Assembly (NCBI GenBank): GCA_964548415.1
Contig: CAZJQG010000008.1
Location: forward strand, 1,541-65,540
DNA from: an uncultured Dehalococcoidales bacterium
GTDB lineage: Bacteria > Chloroflexota > Dehalococcoidia > GIF9 > UBA5629
Direction of reading: 5' to 3'
Length of the DNA stretch: 64,000 nt
Shown here: in pieces, positions 1-7,712 of the stretch
Numbering within the stretch: position 1 is the first letter of the stretch
Layout: each line of letters opens with the position of its first letter
Translations under genes and position numbers: made by a program
The notes under the pieces: model-generated
Told to the model about the DNA's origin: nothing
The model's input: the letters and a program-made list of their open reading frames with translations, nothing else
The model's database searches: none

Positions 1-261
1 CGCAGTCAGGCTGTCCATTAGCTCTTTGGTGCTGCCTACAAAGGATGACTCGATTTTCTTCTCATCGCCTTTGAGGCCGATAATAGTGTACCCATCCTGC
101 TGGATGGTGTCAGCTTCCCCCTGCTTGACCTGAGCGATGAACGTGAAAAAGTCCACTTTATCGGGTCCTTTGGTCATGGGGAACAAGCTGAAAGCTAAAG
201 CTATTATTGCCACCAGGATCAGAATGTAGAATAGGCTACCCTGCCACCACTTAGTTTTCAT
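1..261 (-). CDS. 5' end of a gene for an FtsH-N-terminus-like membrane protein (TM helix plus ectodomain); continues past the window start
   Basis: ATG at 259-261 on the minus strand. My translation is MKTKWWQGSLFYILILVAIIALAFSLFPMTKGPDKVDFFTFIAQVKQGEADTIQQDGYTIIGLKGDEKKIESSFVGSTKELMDSLTA... and runs off the edge, so it is absent from the ORF track (no stop in window). Clear paralogue of ORF 327-722. A TGcTATAAT extended -10 lies just upstream. Confidence 0.5.
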   Translation of the reverse strand, partial: MKTKWWQGSLFYILILVAIIALAFSLFPMTKGPDKVDFFTFIAQVKQGEADTIQQDGYTIIGLKGDEKKIESSFVGSTKELMDSLTA

Positions 262-326
262 AGTTTGATTCAGGACATATTATAGCAAAAGTGGGTGAAT
301 ATAGAAAAAAGAGGTTCAAATTCGCC

Positions 327-722
327 TTACGAGGGCGGTGAACTTGAGTCTACGTTTTTCTTGCGATAAGAGCGGAAAAGCATGAAGAGCAGCGCACCGA
401 ATAGAAGCAAAGGCACGAAGCTAATCATTAGCGAACCCCAATTGAAGCCGCCGGATTTGACGTCAATTTTGACCCCGTTTTCACCGACGGTTATGCCAGA
501 TTTCTCGAATGTATTAATAAGGTCGTCGGTGCTGCCAATGTAGCCTGTTTCGGCTATCCTCTTATCGTTTTTCAGACCGACAATGATTTGTCCGTCCTGC
601 TGGATTGTATCGAACTCGCCTTGCCTGACCTGTCCGAGAAAGGTGTTCAGATCAACTTTTTCTGGTCTTGGTGAGGTAGGGAAGAGACTGAAAGCCAGCG
701 CGATTATGGCGAACAGGATCAA
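327..722 (-). CDS. Small membrane protein resembling the FtsH N-terminal region (TM1-ectodomain-TM2) with no AAA/protease part; possibly a gene remnant
   Basis: ORF track 131 aa. Hydrophobic N-terminus ILFAIIALAFSLF, soluble middle, and second TM SLMISFVPLLLFGALLFMLF, then a stop about 13 aa later. Start is a TTG. Homology to the neighbouring paralogue continues upstream of that TTG, where no start codon exists. Confidence 0.45.
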   Translation of the reverse strand: MILFAIIALAFSLFPTSPRPEKVDLNTFLGQVRQGEFDTIQQDGQIIVGLKNDKRIAETGYIGSTDDLINTFEKSGITVGENGVKIDVKSGGFNWGSLMISFVPLLLFGALLFMLFRSYRKKNVDSSSPPS

Positions 723-843
723 AACATATAATAAGCTGCCCCGCCACCACTTCGGTTTTGGCTTTTCTTCCGCGCGCCCATTATATCAAAGGCGAGCCTG
801 CGGGTACATATGCTATAATTATGGTGGTAATTACCAGGCTAAT

Positions 844-1203
844 TTGGAGAATCGACTTCTGAAATCAGTAGACGTAGCCAGGCTGGCGGTGGAGGCGGCT
901 TCGGAAAAACAGGCTGACGACATAGTCATGCTGGATACCAAACAAGTTTGCTCCTTTGCTGACTATTTCGTTATTTGCAGCGGCGACAATCCCCGGCAGA
1001 TAGAGGCCATACGGCAGGAAATCCGCGATAGACTTAAGCAAGACGCAATTATTCCGTTTCACATCGAAGGTGGCGCCGATTCAGGCTGGATTCTACTCGA
1101 CCTGGGCGATGTGGTGGTCCATATTTTCTCCCCATCGCAGCGCGACTATTACCGCCTCGATGATTTATGGCAGGAAGCGGTGCCGGTGGTCAGAATACAG
1201 TAG
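844..1203 (+). CDS. rsfS: Ribosomal silencing factor RsfS (iojap family)
   Basis: C-terminal part of ORF 583-1203: ...AVEAASEKQADDIVMLDTKQVCSFADYFVICSGDNPRQIEAIRQEI...GWILLDLGDVVVHIFSPSQRDYYRLDDLW, typical RsfS. The first ~87 codons of the track ORF are antisense to 327-722 and were rejected. In-frame TTG at 844; TGcTATAAT at 811-819. Confidence 0.8.
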   Translation: MENRLLKSVDVARLAVEAASEKQADDIVMLDTKQVCSFADYFVICSGDNPRQIEAIRQEIRDRLKQDAIIPFHIEGGADSGWILLDLGDVVVHIFSPSQRDYYRLDDLWQEAVPVVRIQ

Positions 1204-1289
1204 CCCCTCTCCGCCCCACCTCTCCAAATACTGAAACTCAAGCACCAAATCCTAAACAATATCGAAATTTAATTCTATAATTCAAGAAA

Positions 1290-1335
1290 GTAGGGATGGA
1301 CCTTAGGTCCGTCCGCGCGGAGCGGATGCTCCGCG
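1290..1335. repeat. REP-like element: gtaggga + hairpin (ggacc tta ggtcc) + gtccgc, followed by hairpin cgcggagc-ggat-gctccgcg
   Basis: Lies in the convergent rsfS/ndk spacer. A related copy at 58115-58150 has compensatory stem changes (ggtct tt agacc). Confidence 0.55.
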
Positions 1336-1359
1336 GTACCCGGCGCAACTCGGCGCATA

Positions 1360-1776
1360 TTAACTTAAGATCTCCTTCGGTGAAAAGAAAAGCTTGATTT
1401 CACGTTCGGCGTTTTCTGCCGAATCGGAACCGTGGACCAGGTTCATTTGTATGTCCAGCCCGTAGTCACCCCGGATGGTACCGGGGGCAGCTTTTACGGA
1501 GTCGGTGGCACCCATGGTCTGCCTGATGGCCTCGATAGCCCTGTCCCCCTCAAAAACCGCGGCGATTATCGGTGTCGAGGTAATGAATTCAACTAAATCA
1601 TTGAAAAATGGTTTGTCTTTGTGTACCGCGTAGTGTTTCTGGGCCAGAGCTTTATCCATCCGCAGCAATTTCATGGCTACAATCTTGAGCCCGCGCTTTT
1701 CCAGGCGCGAGATTATGACTCCAGCCAGATGTCGTTGCATGGCATCGGGTTTGATAAGCACCAGACTTCGTTCCAT
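1360..1776 (-). CDS. ndk: Nucleoside diphosphate kinase
   Basis: [36 protein letters not shown]...[20 protein letters not shown] is a canonical NDK. Start moved to internal ATG 1774-1776, which is preceded by GGAGGAATAG. Confidence 0.95.
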   Translation of the reverse strand: MERSLVLIKPDAMQRHLAGVIISRLEKRGLKIVAMKLLRMDKALAQKHYAVHKDKPFFNDLVEFITSTPIIAAVFEGDRAIEAIRQTMGATDSVKAAPGTIRGDYGLDIQMNLVHGSDSAENAEREIKLFFSPKEILS

Positions 1777-1851
1777 TTTTCTATTCCTCCATAAATAATT
1801 CTCAGCAGCGTACTGTCGGCCTCTTGCCAACAGATACTCCTAGAAATTTAT

Positions 1852-1891
1852 GAGATTGCCGCACCCTTCTGCGGGAAGGGCTCGCAATGAC
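1852..1891. repeat. Palindromic REP-like element gagattgcc...ctcgcaatgac enclosing hairpin cccttc-tgcgg-gaaggg
   Basis: Same terminal motifs as the element at 63515-63560 (gagattgcc ... ctcgcaatgac) and similar to the one at 63072-63110 (gtcatcgcgag ... gtggcaatgac). Confidence 0.6.
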
Positions 1892-1903
1892 GGTTAAGCA
1901 CAA

Positions 1904-2581
1904 TTATTTAACTTTACGCATTGTAATCGGCGGCTGGCGCAAATATAACGGCTGCAAGCTGGCCGCATCGTCCTGCTCACCCTTACTGAGGCGTTGCCAG
2001 CCCAGGGTTGCCAGGTAGACGGCGTGTCTCACTCTGGTAATTGCCTCCGGTATTATGGCATATTTCTCCAGCTTTTTCTGCAATTCATCGATGGCCGCCG
2101 GCGGAATTTCACCGCAGAAAACGGTCTTACGTTTGGTCTGCAGGCACAGGGAGTCTACTGTGGTGATGTGTTCCGGCTTAAGACAGCGCCAGCCGTTTTT
2201 ATCCTGGTACAAAGCAGCCGCGATCTCGCCGCGTCCGGCGTTATGAATGGGACAGATCGGGAATCCGGTAAAGGCGAAAGGAAAAGCCTCGATTTCCAAT
2301 GTGCTTATACCGACCAGCGGTATATCGAGCGCCAGGGCTAACCCTTTGGCGGTACTCACGCCGACTCTCAGCCCGTTAAAGCTGCCAGGCCCTCTGGCTA
2401 CGAAGACAGCCTCCAGCGATTGCGGGCTGGTCCCCGTCTGGCCGAGCAGGCGGTCGATGTTTGGCGCCAGTTCCACCGTATGGTTTTGTTCGGAATGCCA
2501 GGTTATTTCGGCCACCATTTCGCCCTGCCGTGACAGGCCGATGCTGCAAAAGTCGGTGGATGTATCAATGGCTAGTTCCAT
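1904..2581 (-). CDS. tsaB: tRNA threonylcarbamoyladenosine (t6A) biosynthesis protein TsaB (YeaZ family)
   Basis: MELAIDTSTDFCSIGL...VARGPGSFNGLRVGVSTAKGLA, the TsaB signature. Follows tsaE as in many genomes. Confidence 0.85.
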   Translation of the reverse strand: MELAIDTSTDFCSIGLSRQGEMVAEITWHSEQNHTVELAPNIDRLLGQTGTSPQSLEAVFVARGPGSFNGLRVGVSTAKGLALALDIPLVGISTLEIEAFPFAFTGFPICPIHNAGRGEIAAALYQDKNGWRCLKPEHITTVDSLCLQTKRKTVFCGEIPPAAIDELQKKLEKYAIIPEAITRVRHAVYLATLGWQRLSKGEQDDAASLQPLYLRQPPITMRKVK

Positions 2582-3057
2582 TTTTCTAATTCGGTTTCCA
2601 GACCTGCTACTAATCTGGTATAACGGGGACCTTTTGGGTCAAAGCTTAAAGCCCTCTGGTTTTCCGATATGTAGCTAAGACTGATAAGCAGGCGTTCCCC
2701 GGGCAGCAACGACATGCCTTTATCCGCCCATTCCACCACGCAAACGCCCTTGCCGTATAGATAATCATCGAGCCCTAAATCCGCTATCTCTTCGATATGG
2801 TCTAGACGGTAGAAATCGATGTGGTACAGCGGCAGCCGCCCGCTATATTCCCTGATTAAAACAAACGAGGGGCTGAAGGCATATTCCTTGACGCCCAGTC
2901 CCCAGGCGATACCCTGAGTCAGGCAGGTCTTGCCGCTACCCAAATTGCCCGTCAGCAGAAATACATCTCCGGCTTGCGCGTGCTCGCCAAGCCGCCTGCC
3001 CAATAGCTGGGTCTGCTCCGGGCTGCGCGATACGAAATTCTTCTTTGTTACCTTCAT
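2572..3057 (-). CDS. tsaE: t6A biosynthesis ATPase TsaE (YjeE)
   Basis: P-loop GNLGSGKTCLTQGIAWGLG plus ...SPSFVLIREY...LYHIDFYRL. Overlaps thiL and tsaB. Confidence 0.9.
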   Translation of the reverse strand: MKVTKKNFVSRSPEQTQLLGRRLGEHAQAGDVFLLTGNLGSGKTCLTQGIAWGLGVKEYAFSPSFVLIREYSGRLPLYHIDFYRLDHIEEIADLGLDDYLYGKGVCVVEWADKGMSLLPGERLLISLSYISENQRALSFDPKGPRYTRLVAGLETELEKWN

Positions 3058-4088
3058 AACCTTGATTTGAAATGTTCCCAGCCGACTTTTTGCCAGGGAA
3101 CGATTTTGCCGTCATCATCCACGAGTTCGACCCGCCCCGGCTTTCCCTCTGTTATCTCGCCGATTACGGTTACAGGGCAGGGCATGGTCTTCTTTAGTCG
3201 GGGCATAATCAAAGTGCTGGCGGTGAACAGCAACTGGTAGTCCTCACCACCGCCCAAAATGAGTTGCAAATATTCCGTTTTGAAGTTTTTCTTCAGTGCC
3301 GGATGGACTGGCAGCATTTTTTGGTTAATCCGGGCGCTGACTCGGCTTGCCTCACAGACGTGGGTCAGGTCGGCTATAAGGCCGTCGCTTATATCTATGG
3401 CGCATTTAACAGCCCGGTGCAGCAAAATTTGCCCCTCGTCTATCCGGGGTATCGGGGTCAGGTGTGCCTCGCGGAGCAGTTGAGTTGTCTCGGTATCCAG
3501 TTTAAGGTGCTGTTTCAGCATTCGCAGGCCGGCGGCTGAAAGGCCGAGGTATCCGGTGACAGCTATCAAATCGCCGGGCACGGCTGCCGATCGCGTTAAC
3601 ATTGAAGTCGATTCCAGACTGCCCAGAACCGTGACATTTATTACGGTTTTATCCGAGGCAGCGATATTGCCGCCGACTATGGCTACTCCGGACCGCGCCG
3701 ATATTTTTACCATTCCTCGATACAGGCTCAACACGCTGTCGGTCTCGAGTTCGCCGGGGAGTGCCAGCGAAACCAGGGCGTATTGCGGGGCGCCGCCCAT
3801 AGCTGCGATGTCGCTCAGGTTCACGGCAATGGCCTTCCAGCCCAGCTCTTCCCAGGTGACCGTTTCCAGATCGAAGTGCGTATCCTGGACCAGGCTGTCA
3901 GTGGTAGCCAGCTGTATAGCGCCTTCTACCTTCCAGGCGGCGGCATCATCGCCAACGCCGATAATCAGGTTTTGCCAGGCGCTATCTTTCGGATTTCTGG
4001 CGTTGTTTACCGTATCCGCCAGAAGTTCAATAAGGCCGAATTCACCCAGTCCGGAGACCTTCATAGCGGCGATTATAACATAGGCCAT
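3054..4088 (-). CDS. thiL: Thiamine-monophosphate kinase ThiL
   Basis: GEFGLIELL...GVGDDAAAW...TTDSLVQDTHF...NLSDIAAMGG, the AIR-synthase-like ThiL pattern. The true start may be the internal ATG at 4064 (MKVSGLGEFGLI). Confidence 0.85.
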   Translation of the reverse strand: MAYVIIAAMKVSGLGEFGLIELLADTVNNARNPKDSAWQNLIIGVGDDAAAWKVEGAIQLATTDSLVQDTHFDLETVTWEELGWKAIAVNLSDIAAMGGAPQYALVSLALPGELETDSVLSLYRGMVKISARSGVAIVGGNIAASDKTVINVTVLGSLESTSMLTRSAAVPGDLIAVTGYLGLSAAGLRMLKQHLKLDTETTQLLREAHLTPIPRIDEGQILLHRAVKCAIDISDGLIADLTHVCEASRVSARINQKMLPVHPALKKNFKTEYLQLILGGGEDYQLLFTASTLIMPRLKKTMPCPVTVIGEITEGKPGRVELVDDDGKIVPWQKVGWEHFKSRL

Positions 4089-4254
4089 TCGTGTTTGTTG
4101 ATTTGGGTTTGTTTTCGGGAATTTAATCCAGGCGGGAGTTGATGGCGGTCAATTCCCTATTTTCACGTAAAAAAAGTGATATTTTGCTAAATAAGGCTTG
4201 TATGCATGAAAAGCAAGTTATATAATGCGTTTAAATAGCTAAGGAGGTCAGGAT

Positions 4255-4749
4255 ATGGAGCAGATGGTCAGATGCGCTAATTGTGGCACTCCAAACCCGC
4301 CGGGCCAGCAGTTCTGCGGTAAATGCGGAGCCAAGCTCGCGATTGAAGCACAGCAGCCACAACAGAAGATCAAATGTCCCAACTGCGGCTTCATGAACCT
4401 GCCCGGCCAGCAATTCTGTGGAAGCTGCGGAGCCAGACTGGTAGCTGTGGTACATCAGGCACCGACTGTCCCTGTCCAAACGGCTACCTCGGCACAGCAG
4501 GTATCTAATATGCCCCCCCAGGAAATGACGACTGTTCCAGCTCCCCAGCCGCCCGCCAAGGCAGTAAAACCCATCATACAGCGCCAGCAAGTTGATGTCC
4601 GCCCCACGTGGGGTCTGGCCTGGGGTCTGTGGTGGCGTATGTTCTTATTGGGGCTCCTAATCGGCGGTGTGCTTTACGCCATCGCTATCATCGTCATGCT
4701 CACACTCGGTTTTCATTTGTCGGTTCCAGGCCTGACGCCGTCAGCGTAA
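4255..4749 (+). CDS. Double zinc-ribbon membrane protein, function unknown
   Basis: Two CxxC-x10-12-CxxC ribbons (CANCGTPNPPGQQFCGKCGAKL; CPNCGFMNLPGQQFCGSCGARL), a Q/P-rich linker, and C-terminal TM helices (WGLWWRMFLLGLLIGGVLYAIAIIVMLTLGF). Strong RBS AAGGAGG. Confidence 0.6.
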   Translation: MEQMVRCANCGTPNPPGQQFCGKCGAKLAIEAQQPQQKIKCPNCGFMNLPGQQFCGSCGARLVAVVHQAPTVPVQTATSAQQVSNMPPQEMTTVPAPQPPAKAVKPIIQRQQVDVRPTWGLAWGLWWRMFLLGLLIGGVLYAIAIIVMLTLGFHLSVPGLTPSA

Positions 4750-4766
4750 AGGGTTTATAATAGCCT

Positions 4767-5210
4767 ATGCAACAGCAGACGGTTAAATGTCCGACTTGTG
4801 GTGCCGATTGCGCCGGCCCGGTATTCTGTACTACCTGCGGCACCAGATTGCCTCCCATAGTTCAGCCGGTATCTCCGGAAACTCAACCCGTAACACCAGC
4901 CAAACCAGCAGCTAAAGAATCGGCTGCACCTGTTAAATATAGCGCTTTACGTGCCGTCGCCGCCGTTTACAGAATTATCGGCTGGGTAATAATGGTGGGC
5001 GGCAGCCTGTTTGCTATTGCCCTGGCGGTGCTGGCGGTAGGAGCTACCGGTACGTTGACCGACTTCCTGCCTATAAGCGGGGGAGTAGGTACAGTGGTAA
5101 TAGCTATTGTCGGCTTGATAGCCTCCATATTGTTAGGGCTGTTTCTGGTAGCCTTTGCCGATGTCTGCAACGTGCTGATAGACATCGAAAAGAATACCAG
5201 GTCACAATAA
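4767..5210 (+). CDS. Zinc-ribbon membrane protein, function unknown
   Basis: CPTCGADCAGPVFCTTCGTRL, a P-rich linker, then 2-3 TM helices. Lies 17 nt after the previous zinc-ribbon gene. Confidence 0.55.
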   Translation: MQQQTVKCPTCGADCAGPVFCTTCGTRLPPIVQPVSPETQPVTPAKPAAKESAAPVKYSALRAVAAVYRIIGWVIMVGGSLFAIALAVLAVGATGTLTDFLPISGGVGTVVIAIVGLIASILLGLFLVAFADVCNVLIDIEKNTRSQ

Positions 5211-5214
5211 AAAA

Positions 5215-5613
5215 TCAGACGATTTCCCAGTCCCGGTATCCCTGCTGAATTACCGCCAGATAGTCGGCTGCCGGCTTCAATTCCCTCGCTTGGTCGATTT
5301 TTATATAGGTTATCGCCTCTATAGGGTCGTTCGTCTCGGTCCAGACGGTGACCTTGCGGCGGTCGTAGGTCCTGGGATAGTCTTCATAGCTATCCAGCTG
5401 CTTTAAGTCCTTTTCAGAAACCTCGTAAACAGCGCCCAGCACCTTTTCACCCCGGTGCGGTGCGATGCTGGCCACACCGCCCTGATGGCCGGCGCGGGCG
5501 GTGAAGGTCAGCTTAAAGTTGGGCAGCGTGGCTACAAATTTCGGCTTGCTCTCCGGAGCGCGCTCGACCATTTGTTTTCGGCTAAGGTTTGAGGCGTAAG
5601 CGAAGTAATACAT
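5215..5613 (-). CDS. Gamma-glutamylcyclotransferase / AIG2-like family protein
   Basis: MYYFAYASNLSRKQMVERAP...GAVYEVSEKDLKQLDSYE, the typical YFAYGSN...E fold signature. Confidence 0.7.
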   Translation of the reverse strand: MYYFAYASNLSRKQMVERAPESKPKFVATLPNFKLTFTARAGHQGGVASIAPHRGEKVLGAVYEVSEKDLKQLDSYEDYPRTYDRRKVTVWTETNDPIEAITYIKIDQARELKPAADYLAVIQQGYRDWEIV

Positions 5614-5716
5614 ATTTACCCTCTGGAGGTAATACTATTTTACACATTCCGGTATATTTAACAATAGTCGGATTTGTACTTAACAAATGATTTTTTAGAT
5701 GGTATAGTTAGCTGCT

Positions 5717-6445
5717 ATGCGCCTGGCCATCCTCGCCGATATCCACAGTAATCTGGCAGCTTTCGAATCGGTGCTGAAAGATTTAGAGAGTAGGGGCGGC
5801 TTCGATAAAATCTGGTGTCTGGGAGATATGGTGGGTTACGGTCCTCAGCCTAACGAGTGCGTTGCCCGTTTGCGCCAGTTCGACCACGTTTGCATTGCCG
5901 GCAATCATGATTGGGCGGCCATCGAAAAAATGGACACCTTTGAGTTCAATCCGGTGGCGGCCATAGCAGCGCAGTGGACAGCACAGGAATTGACTGCCGA
6001 CAGCAGAGACTATTTAACTGCCTTGCCGCTTATACTCAATGTGGACGGATTTACGCTGGCGCACGGCAGCCCGCGGGAGCCTATATGGGAATATCTGCTG
6101 TCGCTAAGCGCGGCTAAGGAAAATTTTACCTATTTTGAAACCAGTTACTGCCTGGTGGGCCATTCCCACGTTCCGCTCGTGTTTGAGCTTGACGGTACGC
6201 AGGTAATGCTCAGGGAACTTGGCGAGACCGAGTTCGTACTTTCCTCAAACCGCATGATTATCAATCCTGGCAGCGTCGGGCAGCCCAGGGACGGCGATCC
6301 CAGAGCCAGCTATGCCTTATACGATAGTGAAACTAAGAAAATCGGCCACTATCGTGTGGAATACGATATTGCCGCCACGCAGAAGAAGATGACGGAATTC
6401 GACCTGCCCAGGCCGCTGATACAGCGTCTGACCTACGGCCGATAG
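5717..6445 (+). CDS. Metallophosphoesterase (calcineurin-like, YfcE/PrpE-like)
   Basis: Motifs LADIHSN, GDMVGYGP, GNHD and GHSH occur in the canonical order. Confidence 0.8.
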   Translation: MRLAILADIHSNLAAFESVLKDLESRGGFDKIWCLGDMVGYGPQPNECVARLRQFDHVCIAGNHDWAAIEKMDTFEFNPVAAIAAQWTAQELTADSRDYLTALPLILNVDGFTLAHGSPREPIWEYLLSLSAAKENFTYFETSYCLVGHSHVPLVFELDGTQVMLRELGETEFVLSSNRMIINPGSVGQPRDGDPRASYALYDSETKKIGHYRVEYDIAATQKKMTEFDLPRPLIQRLTYGR

Positions 6446-6467
6446 TGCTCTCAAGTCCAGAAGGGTA

Positions 6468-6529
6468 CCATGGAGCATCTGCTCCACGGCATGCTGGAGT
6501 TACATATGGCTGAAGCAGATACTTCAGCC
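6468..6529. repeat. Two hairpins: tggagca-tc-tgctcca and ggctgaag-cagata-cttcagcc
   Basis: The first has the same ggagcaKctgctcc core as the palindromes at 63136-63155 and 63586-63605. No T-tract follows, so they are not classical terminators. Confidence 0.45.
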
Positions 6530-6560
6530 TACCCACGTGGCCTCTTGACCGTTTCCAGTC

Positions 6561-6589
6561 TTGAAAAGTGCGTGAAGCCATAGTAGTAT
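6561..6589 (+). promoter_or_regulatory. Putative sigma70-type promoter of the SRP RNA gene
   Basis: TTGAAA (6561-6566), a 17-nt spacer, then TAGTAT (6584-6589), ending 6-7 nt before the predicted SRP RNA 5' end. Confidence 0.45.
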
Positions 6590-6595
6590 GTGACT

Positions 6596-6865
6596 GGGCC
6601 GTGCTAGACGGGGAACTAGCGGTGCCCTGTACCCGAGATCCGCTATAGCGGGGTTGAAGTCCGGCTCGAGGTTTCTGTTTTTCAGGACTGCTCCGGTCAA
6701 GTGGCGTTGAGGACTGGGTCTTGCGCGGCGGAGAACTATGAACTCCGCCAGGTCCGGAAGGAAGCAGCGGTAAATAGTAATCTCCGGGTGCCGCAAGGCT
6801 ACCTGGTCGGAGTTGGCTAGCCGGAGTAAGCTGAAGGGCAGATATCGAAGGTTGGTGCACGGCCC
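6596..6865 (+). ncRNA. ffs: Signal recognition particle RNA, long form with Alu domain (Bacillus scRNA-like)
   Basis: Domain IV motif ccaggtccggaaggaagcagcggtaa at about 6748-6773. The 5' segment gggccgtgctagacggggaactagcggtgccctgtacc closely recalls B. subtilis scRNA. The terminal helix gggccgtgc / gcacggccc closes the molecule. Track ORFs on the opposite strand here are spurious. Confidence 0.85.
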
Positions 6866-6881
6866 TTACAAAAACCTCTAT

Positions 6882-6906
6882 GTCATTCTAAGCGAAGCGA
6901 AGAATC
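6882..6906. repeat. REP-like motif gtcattctaagcgaagcgaagaatc
   Basis: Abuts the ATG of the SDR gene. A reverse-oriented relative (tcgcttcgctt) lies at 58095-58105. Confidence 0.5.
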
Positions 6907-6907
6907 T

Positions 6908-7699
6908 ATGGATTTAAATCTAGCAGGCAAAACCGTAATCGTTACCGGAGGCGGCTCGAATATAGGTCGGGCTATCGCCCTCGCTTTCGCCAAGGAAAAA
7001 GCGAATGTCATTATTGCTGATATTGACCAGGTTCAGGGGCAAAAGGTTGCCGGTGAAGCAATTGCTCTGGGCGGTAAGGCTAGGGCTTTCAAAACCGATG
7101 TGACGGACTATGATTCCGTGGTGGCCATGGTCAAGCGAACCATCGATGAATTCGGCAAACTCGATGTGCTGGTCAACAGCGTAGGCTGGACGAACGACCG
7201 TTTGTTTATCGAGAAGCCGAGGGAAGAATGGGAGAAGGAAGTAAACATCAATTTCTGGGGCGTGATCAACTGCACAAGGGCAGTCCTCGACCATATGATA
7301 GAAAGAAAGTTCGGCAAAATAATCAGCCTGGGCTCGGATGCCGGCAGGATGGGTGAATACCGGGAAGCCGTTTATGCAGCCTGCAAGGGAGGCATTATCG
7401 CCATGTCGAAATCGCTGGCGCGCGAGCTGGGCCGCTACGGCATAAATGTTAATGTCGTCTGCCCCGGAGTTACAGTACCTGATAATCCTGAGCACGCCGG
7501 CGAGTTCAGTATGTGGAAAGGGCCTCTGGCCCAGGTGTTTACGCCGGAGGCACAGGAAAAGGCAGCCAAAGCTTATCCCTTACGACGGTTGGGCAAACCT
7601 GAAGACGTAGCCGGCGTAGTTATCTTTTTAGCTTCCGATGCTGCTAGTTTTATTACCGGGCAGACCATCAGCGTCAGCGGCGGCTACACCATGATGTAG
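6908..7699 (+). CDS. Short-chain dehydrogenase/reductase (FabG-like)
   Basis: TGGGSNIGRAIA (TGxxxGxG), NSVG, and the catalytic YAACKGG (YxxxK). Confidence 0.85.
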   Translation: MDLNLAGKTVIVTGGGSNIGRAIALAFAKEKANVIIADIDQVQGQKVAGEAIALGGKARAFKTDVTDYDSVVAMVKRTIDEFGKLDVLVNSVGWTNDRLFIEKPREEWEKEVNINFWGVINCTRAVLDHMIERKFGKIISLGSDAGRMGEYREAVYAACKGGIIAMSKSLARELGRYGINVNVVCPGVTVPDNPEHAGEFSMWKGPLAQVFTPEAQEKAAKAYPLRRLGKPEDVAGVVIFLASDAASFITGQTISVSGGYTMM

Positions 7700-7712
7700 C
7701 AGTAGAGGAAAT

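Noticed and set aside
583-843. N-terminal 87 codons of track ORF 583-1203 (206 aa)
   Set aside because: This part is antisense to the membrane-protein ORF 327-722 and has Cys/Arg-rich nonsense composition. Only the C-terminal ~120 aa match RsfS, so the gene was trimmed to 844-1203.
6333-6860. Minus-strand ORFs 6333-6860 (175 aa) and 6524-6796 (90 aa)
   Set aside because: They overlap the SRP RNA gene on the opposite strand. Their P/S/R-rich low-complexity translations are typical of antisense reading of structured GC-rich RNA.
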